Shown here piece after piece: positions 10,736-23,008 of a stretch of 64,000 bases of DNA; the stretch's first letter is position 1; each line of letters opens with the position of its first letter. Source of the DNA: Gammaproteobacteria bacterium (GTDB lineage Bacteria > Pseudomonadota > Gammaproteobacteria > JACKNK01); contig JBMYTL010000009.1 in assembly GCA_049604295.1 (NCBI GenBank), positions 5,437-69,436 on the forward strand. Direction: 5' to 3'. A program made the position numbers and the translations under genes. The notes below the pieces were generated by a model. It had not been told where the DNA came from. It did no database searches and saw nothing but the letters and a program-made list of their open reading frames with translations.

Positions 10736-11473
10736 TCAGTTACCGAGATATGCGCGGTCGGAAGCTTCAACCGCACCGACCGACCACGCACCGCGGGTCT
10801 TGGCGTGATGAACGGCGGCATCCACATCGCCCGCGCTCACGTTGCGGCTGATGGCGAATTCCTGACCCGGGTAGATCAGGTCGGCGTCTTTGATCTTCGC
10901 GGCGTTCTGCTTGTAGATCAGCGGCCACTGATAGGGGTTGCCGTAGGTGGTGCTCTTGCCGGAGATGCGCCACAGGCTGTCACCACGCTCGACGGTGTAC
11001 TGGATACCCGATGCTTTAAGATCGGCAAGCAGGGACTTGGCCATGTCGTGGGCGGAGGCGCCGTTGGCGTTGGCAATGGCGAAATCGATGGCCTTGGCCT
11101 TGGCTTCGGCGGTGCCGTCAAGGCTGTACTCGCCGATCATCTTGCGCAGGTCCTTGGCCGACTCCAGATGGTACTGGTTGACGGCGTCGTGGGCCTGCTC
11201 CTCAGCCTGCGCGGCGAGCTTCTCGGCCTTGGCGTAATCGCCTTTACCGAAGGCTTCCTCAGCACTCTTCATGATCTTGCCGGTATCACGCCACAGCCAT
11301 TCGTTGGACTTGGCGGTTTTGATGGCGGCCTTGGCGGAGGAGATGGCCTTTTCTGCGGCAACCTGCTCGGCGCTGGGGCCGGCCGGCTCCTCTTTGGGAG
11401 AGCTGGCGCAACCAGCCAAGAGACTGGCGGCGAAAGCGGTAACGACCAGGGACTTTTTGATTTTCATGTCCAT
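10736..11473 (-). CDS. LysM-domain lipoprotein
   Basis: It has a signal peptide with lipobox LLAGC, an Ala/Lys-rich helical middle, and a C-terminal LysM domain (YTVERGDSLWRISGKSTTYGNPYQWPLIYKQN...IYPGQEFAI). Confidence 0.85.
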   Translation of the reverse strand: MDMKIKKSLVVTAFAASLLAGCASSPKEEPAGPSAEQVAAEKAISSAKAAIKTAKSNEWLWRDTGKIMKSAEEAFGKGDYAKAEKLAAQAEEQAHDAVNQYHLESAKDLRKMIGEYSLDGTAEAKAKAIDFAIANANGASAHDMAKSLLADLKASGIQYTVERGDSLWRISGKSTTYGNPYQWPLIYKQNAAKIKDADLIYPGQEFAISRNVSAGDVDAAVHHAKTRGAWSVGAVEASDRAYLGN

Positions 11474-11561
11474 CGGCTCCAGGGAATAGTGGAAATCTGA
11501 CGTGGCCGGCTGGGGCGCCGGTCTTATGGTACGAGTGGCGGAAACCTACACAGCGACCCCG

Positions 11562-11582
11562 GGGGTGTCAAGATGACACCCC
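11562..11582. promoter_or_regulatory. Perfect 21-bp palindrome GGGGTGTCA-AGA-TGACACCCC in the divergent LysM/arsC intergenic region
   Basis: Read directly from the sequence: 9-nt arms that are exact reverse complements, with a 3-nt centre. No T-tract on either side, so it is not a classic terminator. It lies 174 nt upstream of the arsC ATG and 89 nt upstream of the LysM gene start. Confidence 0.4.
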
Positions 11583-11755
11583 GCTTGAAGTATTTGGCAA
11601 GACAGCTGCGATTTCGCGGTGATTCGCCGCTCCGGTCACGGGGCGGATGGTCGCCCCCGACGTTACGACGAGACCGCACCCAACACGGGCATGGCAGACG
11701 TTCGGGGGCTGCTACCATCCTGGCTTTGGTCACCCACTCGGCTTGGAGACTCCAG

Positions 11756-13109
<1,354 letters not shown>

Positions 13110-13130
<21 letters not shown>

Positions 13131-13811
13131 TTTGAGAAACGGTATGGTCAAGCGCCGCTGCGCGGAAAGCGACGCCAGATCGAGGTGGTCGAGTACGGCG
13201 AACAAGCTGTGCGCGTCACGTGGGCCGGTGCGCAAAAGAAACCGCGCGGTCGCCTCATCCATCCGCATACCGCGCGCCCCCGCGCGCCCGCGAAGCGCCT
13301 GAACGCATTGCTCATCATCCAGATGCTCAAGGTGCAGAACCAGGTCCCAGGCGAGTCGGGATTCGAGATCGGGCAGAATCAGCCCCAGTCCGCGCGGTGC
13401 CACGGTGGCGGAGAAGATCAGTAATCCATCCGCATCGCGAGCCCTGTTGTACAGGCCGAACAACGCTGATTCCCAGGCGCGATCACCCGCCACTGCATCC
13501 AGATCGTCGATGAACAGAGAAACCGAAGGATCCAACCCATCAATCACGGCCGGGCCATGCACCGCGAGTTCCTCGAGTGGAAAATATGCGGACGCACCGA
13601 GATCTCCAGCCCGCCGACAGGCCGCCTGCAAAAGGTGACTGCGGCCACAGCCTTCCTCCCCCCATAGGTAGGCCAGTCCCGCGCCCCGTCCGGACAGGGT
13701 CCGCAGATGCTCAACGACCTCCGCGTTCGGCCCGGGCAGGTAGTTGCTGAAACTCCGGGATTCCGGCAAGGATACGGGCAGGGGAATCTGATAAGGGGCG
13801 GCTTCAGCCAT
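13110..13811 (-). CDS. hda: DnaA regulatory inactivator Hda
   Basis: 233 aa with a degenerate AAA+ Walker A (LWGEEGCGRSHLLQAACR), an N-terminal clamp-binding-like region, and the box VII/sensor context. It lies divergent from purMN, as in many gammaproteobacteria. Confidence 0.85.
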
Positions 13812-13813
13812 GA

Positions 13814-14914
13814 TCAGTACGGCAAGAGCGAGAACCGTGGCACGCCACTGTCCGCTTCGGTCGCGGCAGCGAGGACGTTACCCAACCCGATCACCTTGAA
13901 TAGCAAGGGGGCATCGCCGCGCACCTGGACGGATAAGAGCACCGCATCGGGACCGACCTGGGTCAAGCCGACGCCATTGACCGCGCTGAGTCCGGACAGG
14001 TAAGCCATTACACGGCCATAGTCCCGCAGGTTCGTCACACCATCGACGCCCAGGGTGACAAACGCGATGCCTGAGCTGACGGTGGCATATTCCGCCGCAA
14101 GATCATCGGCGAACACCTCGAGCCCCCTCGATAGAGCATCTTCAGCGGTGCCACCGGCTTGCTCCCAAACCTGCTGTTGCCCGGCCGCCTTGCGGGAAAA
14201 CCGCCCCTGCCAGCCGCCCGAAGCACTTCGTGACAGGCGCACCAGAAGAACCTGCTCGGTGGCATAGCGCTGCGACGCCGCACCCACACGGTCGCTGAAA
14301 CCACCCCACAGGTCGGAAAACGACACCGAGCGGCGGTCCTCAAGGTCCATGAGCGGCATCAAGACCGGCAGCCCACGCCGCTCGGCCACCTGGCGAAGAG
14401 CCTTGGCAAGCCCCTGCTCCTCCTCCGCCGAAACCACCCGACGCCCGCCGTCGTCCACGGCCAGCCAGACCAGGGTGGCGGGCCGCTCCCGCCCCCAGAC
14501 CGGCACGGAACTGGAGCGCAGCAATGCGTCGACGGAGGTGGGATCGAAACGGATACGCATAACCAGGGCCTGCCCCCCATCGGCGCCCGAAACCCGCTCA
14601 TACCGGTACTGCAGTGCGTAATTCACCGCGTTGTTCAGCGCGGCAATCAAGTTCTCGTCGCGCGGTGCATCGCTACGCCCACTGACCCGCACGAACACTT
14701 CCGCGAGCGCCGCACGCAAAGCCCTGGTCCGCTCCTCCGCCTGCTGATCAGACACCTGCTGCGTACTTTCGTAGAGACCTTCCACCCGGGTCGCCCAGGC
14801 ATCATTGAAGGCCGCATCCGCCACCAGGCTGGCAAGCGACACCACAAACAGGAAAAGCACGCGGATTGGGTACATCAGGGAGTCCCGTGGACGGAGAGCG
14901 GACGCGCACGTCAT
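13814..14914 (-). CDS. DUF2066-like secreted protein
   Basis: 366 aa with an N-terminal signal peptide ([16 protein letters not shown]). The position between hda and purM is typical for DUF2066; the family was recalled, not searched. Confidence 0.55.
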   Translation of the reverse strand: MTCASALRPRDSLMYPIRVLFLFVVSLASLVADAAFNDAWATRVEGLYESTQQVSDQQAEERTRALRAALAEVFVRVSGRSDAPRDENLIAALNNAVNYALQYRYERVSGADGGQALVMRIRFDPTSVDALLRSSSVPVWGRERPATLVWLAVDDGGRRVVSAEEEQGLAKALRQVAERRGLPVLMPLMDLEDRRSVSFSDLWGGFSDRVGAASQRYATEQVLLVRLSRSASGGWQGRFSRKAAGQQQVWEQAGGTAEDALSRGLEVFADDLAAEYATVSSGIAFVTLGVDGVTNLRDYGRVMAYLSGLSAVNGVGLTQVGPDAVLLSVQVRGDAPLLFKVIGLGNVLAAATEADSGVPRFSLLPY

Positions 14915-15010
14915 GATCGGCGGCTGACGCGGCTTACGGCCGTTGCAGTGTACAATACCGGGCTTTCAAAACCGGCATCACCCCGCCGGGTTAAGCAGTG
15001 GAATTCCTTC

Positions 15011-16057
15011 ATGAGCCGTCCCGAAGATACGGGTCTCACCTATCGTGACGCCGGCGTCGACATCGATGCCGGAAACGCCCTCGTCGAACGCATCAAACCC
15101 CATGTGGCCCGCGCCCGCCGCCCCGAGATGCTCGGGGGAATAGGCGGTTTCGGAGGCCTGTTCGCCCTCCCCGTGGACCGGTACCGCGAGCCGGTATTGG
15201 TCTCGGGGACGGACGGTGTGGGCACGAAGCTTCGACTGGCCATAGACCTCGGACGCCACGACGGCGTGGGCATCGACCTTGTGGCCATGTGCGTCAACGA
15301 CATCATCGTTACCGGGGCGGAGCCCCTGTTCTTCCTCGATTACTACGCCACGGGCAAGCTCCAGCTGGATGTGGCGGAACAGGTGGTCGCCGGTATCGCC
15401 GACGGTTGCACCCAGGCTGGCTGCGCGTTGATCGGTGGAGAGACAGCCGAGATGCCCGGCATGTACGAGGGTGACGACTACGACCTGGCCGGCTTTGCCG
15501 TGGGCGTCGCCGAGCGCGACAGGATTATCGACGGAAGCGCGGTGAGCCCCGGTGATGCCCTGGTCGCCATGGCCTCTTCGGGCCCCCACTCGAACGGATA
15601 CTCACTGATCCGAAAAGTACTGTCGGTGAGCGGTGCGGATGCCTCCGATGACCTGGACGGCCGATCCCTGGCGGATTCCCTGATCGCCCCCACGCGCATC
15701 TATGTCAAACCCCTTCTCGGTCTGATGAAGCAGGTCCAGGTGCGCGCCCTCGCGCACATCACCGGCGGCGGGCTGCTTGAGAACATCCCCCGCGTATTGC
15801 CCCCGGGCACCGCCGCGCGGATTCACCGTGACAGCTGGAACTTGCCCGCTGTGTTCGACTGGCTGCAGGCACAGGGCAGGATCGCGGACGAGGAGATGCA
15901 CCGCACCTTCAATTGCGGGGTAGGCATGGTGCTTTGCGTCGGATGCGACGACGCGGATTCGGTCATTGCCGCGCTGAACCACGCGGGTGAAAAGGCCTGG
16001 CGGATCGGCGAGATCATCCCGGCGGCTCAGGCCCAGGCCCCGGTTGTCATCGAATGA
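15011..16057 (+). CDS. purM: Phosphoribosylformylglycinamidine cyclo-ligase (AIR synthetase)
   Basis: [14 protein letters not shown]..., [17 protein letters not shown]-like motifs. The ATG at 15011 was verified; the track ORF begins 21 codons earlier. Confidence 0.95.
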   Translation: MSRPEDTGLTYRDAGVDIDAGNALVERIKPHVARARRPEMLGGIGGFGGLFALPVDRYREPVLVSGTDGVGTKLRLAIDLGRHDGVGIDLVAMCVNDIIVTGAEPLFFLDYYATGKLQLDVAEQVVAGIADGCTQAGCALIGGETAEMPGMYEGDDYDLAGFAVGVAERDRIIDGSAVSPGDALVAMASSGPHSNGYSLIRKVLSVSGADASDDLDGRSLADSLIAPTRIYVKPLLGLMKQVQVRALAHITGGGLLENIPRVLPPGTAARIHRDSWNLPAVFDWLQAQGRIADEEMHRTFNCGVGMVLCVGCDDADSVIAALNHAGEKAWRIGEIIPAAQAQAPVVIE

Positions 16058-16752
16058 CCTCAACGGCCGCGAAACTCCCCGTGGTCGTGCTGATCTCGGG
16101 CAGGGGCAGCAACTTCAAGGCCTTGCTTGAATGCGCACGCGCCGGTGAGTTGGATGTTGAGGTCCGTGCCGTGGTCAGTAACCGGGGCGATGCCGCCGGC
16201 CTGGAGACCGCGCGCCATGCAGGCCTCCCCGTGCGGGTCGTCGAGCACAAGGGCTTCGATGACCGCGAGGCTTTCGACAGGGCCCTGGCCGATTGCATCG
16301 ACGAATTCGATCCTGCTCTGGTCATACTCGCCGGCTTCATGCGGGTTCTGACCCCCGGCTTCGTACGACGCTATGACGGCCGCCTGCTCAACATCCATCC
16401 CTCGCTGCTGCCCCGGCACCCCGGTCTCGATACCCATGCGCGCGCGATCAGCTCCGGGGACAGCGAGCACGGAGCCAGCGTGCATCTGGTCAACGAAGAG
16501 GTGGACGGCGGTCCGGTGCTGGCCCAGGTACGCGTCCCCATTCATACCCATGACGATGCCATGCGCCTGGCGGCGCGGGTTCTGGTTCAGGAACACCAGC
16601 TTCTGCCCCTGGTCGTGCAATGGTTCGCGCACGGCCGCATCCGCCTGGATTCCCGGGGCGTTCTCATGGATGGCGAACACCTGCTCCGGCCACTGCAATT
16701 TGACGAAGGCGCAATTCCACCGCTCAGCCCCCGTGAGGCCCACACGGCGTGA
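16054..16752 (+). CDS. purN: Phosphoribosylglycinamide formyltransferase
   Basis: [45 protein letters not shown]. Overlaps the purM stop by 4 nt. Confidence 0.95.
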   Translation: MTSTAAKLPVVVLISGRGSNFKALLECARAGELDVEVRAVVSNRGDAAGLETARHAGLPVRVVEHKGFDDREAFDRALADCIDEFDPALVILAGFMRVLTPGFVRRYDGRLLNIHPSLLPRHPGLDTHARAISSGDSEHGASVHLVNEEVDGGPVLAQVRVPIHTHDDAMRLAARVLVQEHQLLPLVVQWFAHGRIRLDSRGVLMDGEHLLRPLQFDEGAIPPLSPREAHTA

Positions 16753-17567
16753 TCCGCGGCCGATGGGCAACGCGCAGCAGGGAACGCCTCGGAATCACCA
16801 CGGGGCTATGCACCGTGGTGTTGGCCGCATGTCTGGCCTTGACTCCGGCGACGGCCGTCGAGGTAGGACATGACCAGGAAGAAGCATCCCAGGGCAAGGC
16901 ATCGCTTCCTTCCGCCTTTCTGCTCGAGTTCGAGTTGGAACGCGGCGGTGTGCACAGTGCCAGCGCCCAGATCCGCCTGCGCCCGCTGGGCGATGGCGAA
17001 TGGTTGTACCAACGCAGGACACGTGCGGCCGGCTGGGCGGCGATCCTGTATCCCGCCGTGATCACCGAAAGCAGCCGCTGGACCCGCGAGGCAGGTGCAA
17101 TCCGCCCCCACGCCTATACCTACCGCCGAACGGGCAATCGTCCGCGCGAGGTGGACGTCAACCTCGACTGGGAGGCGGGCCGTGCCGCCAACACCCTCGA
17201 TGGCGAGACCTGGTCCATGACAGTCCCTCCGCGCACCCAGGACAAATTATCCGTCGAGCTGGCCATGATCGAGGCCATGACAGCGGGCAGACCGGAACTG
17301 GACATCCCCGTTGCCGATGGCGGTCACCTCAAGACCTACACATTCCAGGCCCTCGGGGAGGAGGAACTGGACACGGAACTGGGACGCCTGCGGACCCTTA
17401 TGGTCGAGCGCCTGCGTGATGGCAGCGACCGGACCGCCACCTATTGGCTGGCGGTGGATCATCATCATCTACCGGTGCAGGTGATTCAGTACGAGGCGGG
17501 GGAAACGGCGAATCGCATGACCCTGACCCGCATGCATATCAACGGCAGGGTGGTCGGACAGCCCTGA
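16749..17567 (+). CDS. DUF3108-like protein with a signal peptide
   Basis: 272 aa, GTG start overlapping the purN stop, hydrophobic N-terminus. The purN-downstream position is typical of DUF3108; the family was recalled, not searched. Confidence 0.5.
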   Translation: MIRGRWATRSRERLGITTGLCTVVLAACLALTPATAVEVGHDQEEASQGKASLPSAFLLEFELERGGVHSASAQIRLRPLGDGEWLYQRRTRAAGWAAILYPAVITESSRWTREAGAIRPHAYTYRRTGNRPREVDVNLDWEAGRAANTLDGETWSMTVPPRTQDKLSVELAMIEAMTAGRPELDIPVADGGHLKTYTFQALGEEELDTELGRLRTLMVERLRDGSDRTATYWLAVDHHHLPVQVIQYEAGETANRMTLTRMHINGRVVGQP

Positions 17568-17596
17568 CCCACGCCAGACGCTGAGCGAAGGACCGT

Positions 17597-19501
17597 TCAG
17601 AGATCCTCCCGGCGCAGAAAGGCCTCGAACATCAACAACGCCCACAGCGTGGCGCTCATGTCGCGACGCCCTGAATCGTGCCAATCGAGCAGGCGCGCGA
17701 GAAAACTCCTGTCGAAAAGACCGCAGGCCGCCATGCGCTCGCCCAACAACGCCTCACGCAGTCGCTCGCGTAACGGCCCCCGGAACCACGCGCCCAGGGG
17801 AACGGCGAACCCTTTCTTGGGCCGGTATAGCACGTCGTCCGGCAGAAAGGGCTCCAGGGCTTTCTTGAAGATCCGCTTGCCATCGCCCCCACTCATCTTC
17901 CAATCGGCTGGCAGCCCCGAGGACCAGGCCACGAACTCATGGTCCAGCACGGGTACACGCACCTCGAGCGCGTGCGCCATGCTGGCCCGATCCACCTTGG
18001 TGAGGATGTCCCCGGGCAGGTAGGTCTTGTAATCCAGATACTGCACCCGTCCCAAAGGATCATCCGTGGGTGAGCGTGCCGCATGCTCCCGCAGGACCTG
18101 TTCACCGCTGTACCCCTGCAACGCCGAGCGCATCGCGGGGCTGTACAGGCGTTGACGTTCATGGTCCTCAAGCAGGGCGATGATTCGGAAATAACCGGCC
18201 AACCAATCCGCCCCCAGGGCCTTGAAGGTCGCGCGGGCCCGGAGGAATCTGGGGGCCCAGGCCATGGTCGGGTAGACCTGCCCCAGGGCTCCGAACAGCG
18301 GCCTTCGGAGGGCATCCGGGAACCGCCCCCGCAGCCGTTCTTCCTCCATGTGCCAGCGGTAGCGGGTATAACCAGCGAAATTTTCGTCCCCGCCATCACC
18401 CGACAAGGCCACAGTCACGGAGCGACGCGCCAGCTCACAAACGCGGTAAGTGGGCAGGGCGGAACTGTCGGCGAAAGGCTCATCGTAGAGGCCCGCCAGG
18501 GTATCGACGAGATCGAACGCATCCGGGTCGACCTGCTCGACGCGATGCGCGGTGGAATACCGTTGCGCCACCATGGCCGCGAATTCAGTCTCGTTGAAAC
18601 GTTTCTCACCAAAGGCGATGGAGCAGGTCTTCACTGCCTCACCGCCCCGCGCCCGGGCCTCCTCGGCCATCAGCGCCACCACTGCCGAGGAATCCACGCC
18701 GCCAGACAGAAACGCCCCCAGAGGAACCTCCGCGATCAAACGGATGCGTACCGCTTCTCGCAGGCGCTCAATGAGCTCGACCTCGGCATCCTGCCGATCC
18801 GTGGCGTGATCAGACTCGAAGGGCACATCCCAGTAGCGCACGGGTTGGGGCGCGTCGCGGCCCCGTTCGAGCAACATGTGGCAACCGGGGGGGAGTTTGT
18901 ACACACCCGTGTAGATACTGCGCGGCTCGGGGATATAGCCAAAGCTGAAGTACTCCTCGACAGCCTCGGGGTCGTGCCGTCGGGGCAGATCGGGATGTTG
19001 CATCAGGGCCTTGAGTTCAGACCCGAAAACAACCGTCCCATCAGCCAGTTGTGACCAATAGATTCCCTTGATCCCGAGCCGGTCGCGCGCCAGAAATACG
19101 CTTTGCCGTTTCCGGTCCCAGACAGCGAAGGCAAACATGCCCCGAAACCGATGGACGCAATCAACGCCCCACTGCTCCCAGGCATGAACGATGACCTCGG
19201 TATCGCTCAGGGTCTTGAGCTGGTGCCCCAACTCGCGCAGCTGAGCGCCCAACTCGCGGTAGTTGTAGATCTCGCCGTTGAAGACCACCGCGACGCTGCC
19301 ATCCTCATTGAACAGGGGTTGATGACCGCCGGAAAGGTCGATGATGGACAGACGCCGGTGCCCAAGCCCCACCCCCGGCTCCACCAACAACCCGGAATCA
19401 TCCGGCCCGCGATGGGAAATGCTGTCGTTCATCCGTGCCAGCAGATCCCGGTCCACGGGCGCGCCGGGACGGGTCTGGTAGATGCCGGTGATACCGCACA
19501 C
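17597..19501 (-). CDS. Glutamine-hydrolysing asparagine synthase-type amidotransferase, XrtA/PEP-CTERM locus subtype
   Basis: 634 aa with an N-terminal MCGITG nucleophile and the PP-loop SGGVDSS. It is the last gene of the exosortase locus, 8 nt after xrtA. Confidence 0.88.
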   Translation of the reverse strand: MCGITGIYQTRPGAPVDRDLLARMNDSISHRGPDDSGLLVEPGVGLGHRRLSIIDLSGGHQPLFNEDGSVAVVFNGEIYNYRELGAQLRELGHQLKTLSDTEVIVHAWEQWGVDCVHRFRGMFAFAVWDRKRQSVFLARDRLGIKGIYWSQLADGTVVFGSELKALMQHPDLPRRHDPEAVEEYFSFGYIPEPRSIYTGVYKLPPGCHMLLERGRDAPQPVRYWDVPFESDHATDRQDAEVELIERLREAVRIRLIAEVPLGAFLSGGVDSSAVVALMAEEARARGGEAVKTCSIAFGEKRFNETEFAAMVAQRYSTAHRVEQVDPDAFDLVDTLAGLYDEPFADSSALPTYRVCELARRSVTVALSGDGGDENFAGYTRYRWHMEEERLRGRFPDALRRPLFGALGQVYPTMAWAPRFLRARATFKALGADWLAGYFRIIALLEDHERQRLYSPAMRSALQGYSGEQVLREHAARSPTDDPLGRVQYLDYKTYLPGDILTKVDRASMAHALEVRVPVLDHEFVAWSSGLPADWKMSGGDGKRIFKKALEPFLPDDVLYRPKKGFAVPLGAWFRGPLRERLREALLGERMAACGLFDRSFLARLLDWHDSGRRDMSATLWALLMFEAFLRREDL

Positions 19502-19509
19502 GAGGCCGG

Positions 19510-21045
19510 TTATCCCTTTACCTTCGCGATAGACGCGCGGATGCCGGGCAACGCATCGGCCAGGAACCGGCGCAGGCGCACGCGCGCCTCCTCAGGCTTG
19601 AGGTCATAGGTGGTCATGACGGCTATCACGGAGGAGGCCCGCCCTCCCAACAACTGCTGCCCGCCCTCGAGGACCTTGGCGATCGTGGCCTCAGCGGTGT
19701 GTTGTTCTCCCATCTGGTACCAGGTCCAGAGCACCGCCATGTGCCCCCGGTTGCGCATACGTATCTCACGCACACCCCAGTTTTCACCGTTGTACTCGAA
19801 GCTCAACCGCTGCTCAGCCTGACGGAGCCAGCGATCAGGTGAATAAAGGCGATTCTGGGTATTGATCAGCTCTGCGCCCTGACGCTGTTTATCGTAGCTG
19901 GCAATGAACACCCCCACCTGATGCCCCTCGCCTCCCGCGCGCTTGTAATCCGCACGGGCCTGGGCGGCGGGATGCAGGTAATCGGGGGACCAGACCGACC
20001 AGGGCTGCGCGGTTCGGGACCACTCACCCATGTGCCCAGGCAGATTGACGACCAGCGCTTGTGGCGGCCGCTCCCGTACGGCCTGGGCCACCAGCGGAGC
20101 CGCGCCCATGAATATGACTGCCAGTGCCGCGAAGATGGCGCTCAGTCGTGGGCACTCGCGGGGCTGTGGCCCTGCGATGAACGGTTCGGGTTCTTTGCGT
20201 TCGACGATCAGCCCGCCAAACCAGAACAAGGCGGCCATAACAACGCCGAAGAACACCCAGCCATACACCAGGTGATCGGCGCCCACCGCGTATTGCATGT
20301 CGCTCAGGTGCGCGATCATTACGATGCCGTACGCTCGTACACCGTTGGCGAAAATCGGCACCACGGCCGCCAACACGATGAACAAGGCGCGCCGCCACCA
20401 CGTGTAGTAGGTCACGTAGGCATACAGAACACCCAATGCCACGGACGCGATCAGGTAACGCACACCGCTACATGCCTCAGCCACCTCAAAGTTGCCCTTG
20501 GGAATGGCCAGGAAGCGACCTTCAAGGTAGACCGGTATGCCCGTCAACTCCAATGCACGCACGGTGAAGTCCGCCGTGAAGTCCATCATGGGCTCCACCA
20601 GCGCGTCCCCGGCAGGCACGGCGAAAAACAGGTAAACCAGGGGAAAGGCCAGAATCGAAAACACCCGCCAACCGAACAGGGTGAGTGCAAGAACGGGCAA
20701 CAGTGCAACCACCGCGTACTGGGTAACCACCAGCACCCCCGCGAGCTCCGCCAGCAACCATGCCGACATGACGAGAAACAGCAGAGGCAAGCCCCAGGCA
20801 GTGGGATCAGGGGTGAGCTGGCGTATTTCGGGCCATCGTTTCCACGCCAACCAGATACTCAGGGGCAGGATCAGAAAGCCGTGGGCATAGGTATCAGATC
20901 GTTGCCAGATCTCGACCATGGATACGAGGGTGTCCCACAGCACTGCGGTCATGACGAAAGCCGAGGCCAGGTAAAGCCCAAGGGCTCGCGGCCAACCGGG
21001 CGCGCGGGGCGGTGGCGGTGTCTCCGCGGCCCCTTCGCCGCTCAT
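19510..21045 (-). CDS. xrtA: Exosortase A (XrtA) fused to a C-terminal EpsI-family domain
   Basis: The N-terminal roughly 300 aa is polytopic, with exosortase-like segments (DTYAHGFLILPLSIWL..., ACSGVRYL, FANGVRAY). It is followed by one TM segment and a soluble EpsI-like domain of about 200 aa. The Met at 21045 forms an ATGA overlap with the FemAB-like gene's stop. The track start at 21108 would overlap that gene by 67 nt. Confidence 0.85.
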   Translation of the reverse strand: MSGEGAAETPPPPRAPGWPRALGLYLASAFVMTAVLWDTLVSMVEIWQRSDTYAHGFLILPLSIWLAWKRWPEIRQLTPDPTAWGLPLLFLVMSAWLLAELAGVLVVTQYAVVALLPVLALTLFGWRVFSILAFPLVYLFFAVPAGDALVEPMMDFTADFTVRALELTGIPVYLEGRFLAIPKGNFEVAEACSGVRYLIASVALGVLYAYVTYYTWWRRALFIVLAAVVPIFANGVRAYGIVMIAHLSDMQYAVGADHLVYGWVFFGVVMAALFWFGGLIVERKEPEPFIAGPQPRECPRLSAIFAALAVIFMGAAPLVAQAVRERPPQALVVNLPGHMGEWSRTAQPWSVWSPDYLHPAAQARADYKRAGGEGHQVGVFIASYDKQRQGAELINTQNRLYSPDRWLRQAEQRLSFEYNGENWGVREIRMRNRGHMAVLWTWYQMGEQHTAEATIAKVLEGGQQLLGGRASSVIAVMTTYDLKPEEARVRLRRFLADALPGIRASIAKVKG

Positions 21046-22088
21046 CCCAGGGCCCCGGAGATCATGGGCCCCAGCACCCGGCTCAGCGGCAGGGGCAAAC
21101 GTTTCCAAAGGTCGATCATCAACCGGTACTTCGGGTTATTGGGGTTGAGATCGGGCACGGCCGCGGCTTTCACCAGGTAATACTCGTAGTACAGCGGTTC
21201 AGGCTCGAAGCCCCAGTTCTTCTTGAAACTGTAGGAGCCAGCACCCGCCTTGCTGCGCCCATAGTCGAACAGGCGCGCACCGCGCTGCGCCGCATGATTC
21301 ATGAGCGCGTAGTACATGTAGTCGTTGCCCTTGAGCTGGCGTGCCGCGGCCACACCTCCACCGTAATAGGGCAAAACCTCGTCGCGAAAATAAAAGCTCA
21401 TGACACTGGCAACCAATTCACCCTCGCGCTGCACCGTCAGGACTTCGCAGCGATCACCGAACACATCACGCAGCACCCGGAAGTAGCGGGGACTGAATAC
21501 CGGCGTTCCCAGGTTGCGCACACTTTCCGAATACGCCGAGAAGAAGCGCGCGGTGTCATCTTCGATGACGTAATCGAGCCCCGCCTTGATGCCTTTGCGG
21601 ACCATGGCCCTCTGTTTGCGGGGTATCGCCTTGAGATTGGCGTCGGCGTCATCGCTGATGGCCTTGCGGAACGTCACGTACAGCTCCTTGCGGTGCCATT
21701 GCCCGTCATCGTCAGCGGCACAATCATCGAGCTCGCGGTTACGCAGTTCCAGATGGTCCACACCCAACTCCCGCGCCAGTCGTTCGGCCTCAGAGCGCAG
21801 TGCCTGACCACTCTCGGCATCGTCGGCGACCATGCCCCCGTACACACAGAACGGGGTGGAGACCAGCGCGTCGCCAAAGAGCAGGCTTTTGTTGCGTGCC
21901 AGGGGCAACACCCCGGTGATCACGCCATCGTTTTCAGCCAGCAGATAGTACGGTCGGTGCCCGAAGGACCTGCGCAGCACCTCTGACCACTCAGCAAGAT
22001 GGAAAAAAGTCCCACGCTCGTGGGACTCAACGAAGGCATTCCAGGCAGCGTGGTCATCCGCCCGTAGCGGGCGCACGGATAGGCTCAC
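21042..22088 (-). CDS. FemAB-family protein, PEP-CTERM system-associated
   Basis: 348 aa with GNAT-like/FemAB folds (FFHLAEWSEVL..., FDYGRSKAGAGSYSFKKNWGFEP). Its GTG start overlaps the deacetylase stop (GTGA). Confidence 0.85.
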   Translation of the reverse strand: MSLSVRPLRADDHAAWNAFVESHERGTFFHLAEWSEVLRRSFGHRPYYLLAENDGVITGVLPLARNKSLLFGDALVSTPFCVYGGMVADDAESGQALRSEAERLARELGVDHLELRNRELDDCAADDDGQWHRKELYVTFRKAISDDADANLKAIPRKQRAMVRKGIKAGLDYVIEDDTARFFSAYSESVRNLGTPVFSPRYFRVLRDVFGDRCEVLTVQREGELVASVMSFYFRDEVLPYYGGGVAAARQLKGNDYMYYALMNHAAQRGARLFDYGRSKAGAGSYSFKKNWGFEPEPLYYEYYLVKAAAVPDLNPNNPKYRLMIDLWKRLPLPLSRVLGPMISGALG

Positions 22089-22984
22089 GCCTCGGGCCCC
22101 AGGTAGATACGATCCATGCGGTCCCAGCGGAAGTCCCGCAGCAGATTCTTCAAGCGCGGTTGCATGCGATGGAGATTAACGTAGTGCCGAAAACGGGTCT
22201 TCATGTTCAGGCCGGTCTGGCGTGGTTGTTCCGGGTCGACTTCCCAGGGATGAAAATAAAACACGGCAGGTCGCCGATCCGTTCCGTTCACGCGGCGAAA
22301 CGCCCAGCGTGACAGTGCATAGGGAAACAGGCGGAACCAACCGCCACCACCGCACGGCATGTTGCGACCGTTCATATGGACCGTGGTCATGGGCACCTCC
22401 AGGAGGCCTCCCGGCTTATGCAGGAACGCGAATCTCGGCGCATCGGCCATGCCGTAATGGTCGTGGCTGACGGGAAAGATCGAGGAGCTGTAGCGGTGCC
22501 CCTCTTCCTGTAAGACATCCAGGGCCCACAGGTTGCCGTGACCGATAGAGAAACTCGGAGCGCGATAACCGACGATCTCCTGTCCACCGATGTCCTCGAG
22601 GATGGATTTGGTCTTGCGCAGGTCCGCTCGAAACTGGTCGGGGGTCTGATCGCTCACCCGCTGATGTTCGTAACCATGACTCGCAAGCTCGTGGCCCTCG
22701 TCGACAATACGGCGTATCACCGCGGGGTAACGTTCCGCGATCCACCCCAGGGTGAAGAACGTCGCCCGCGCCCCGGCATCAGCAAAAAGCCCGAGGATCA
22801 CGTCCATGTTGCGTTCCACACGGCACTCACAACGTTCCCAATCCGCGCGGCGGATATAAGGCGCGAATGCGGAGACCTGGAAATAATCTTCCACATCCAC
22901 CGTCATCGCATTCACGGGTTGGGTTTCTACGGCCGCCGACCGCGGTATGGGCTGAAACCCGATGTCCTGGCTGAGCGTATTCAT
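22085..22984 (-). CDS. Polysaccharide deacetylase (CE4), XrtA-locus subtype
   Basis: 299 aa with the NodB motifs TVDVEDYF and HELASHGYEH. Confidence 0.88.
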   Translation of the reverse strand: MNTLSQDIGFQPIPRSAAVETQPVNAMTVDVEDYFQVSAFAPYIRRADWERCECRVERNMDVILGLFADAGARATFFTLGWIAERYPAVIRRIVDEGHELASHGYEHQRVSDQTPDQFRADLRKTKSILEDIGGQEIVGYRAPSFSIGHGNLWALDVLQEEGHRYSSSIFPVSHDHYGMADAPRFAFLHKPGGLLEVPMTTVHMNGRNMPCGGGGWFRLFPYALSRWAFRRVNGTDRRPAVFYFHPWEVDPEQPRQTGLNMKTRFRHYVNLHRMQPRLKNLLRDFRWDRMDRIYLGPEA

Positions 22985-23008
22985 GGTTGTTGGCCTCCCG
23001 GTACGCGT

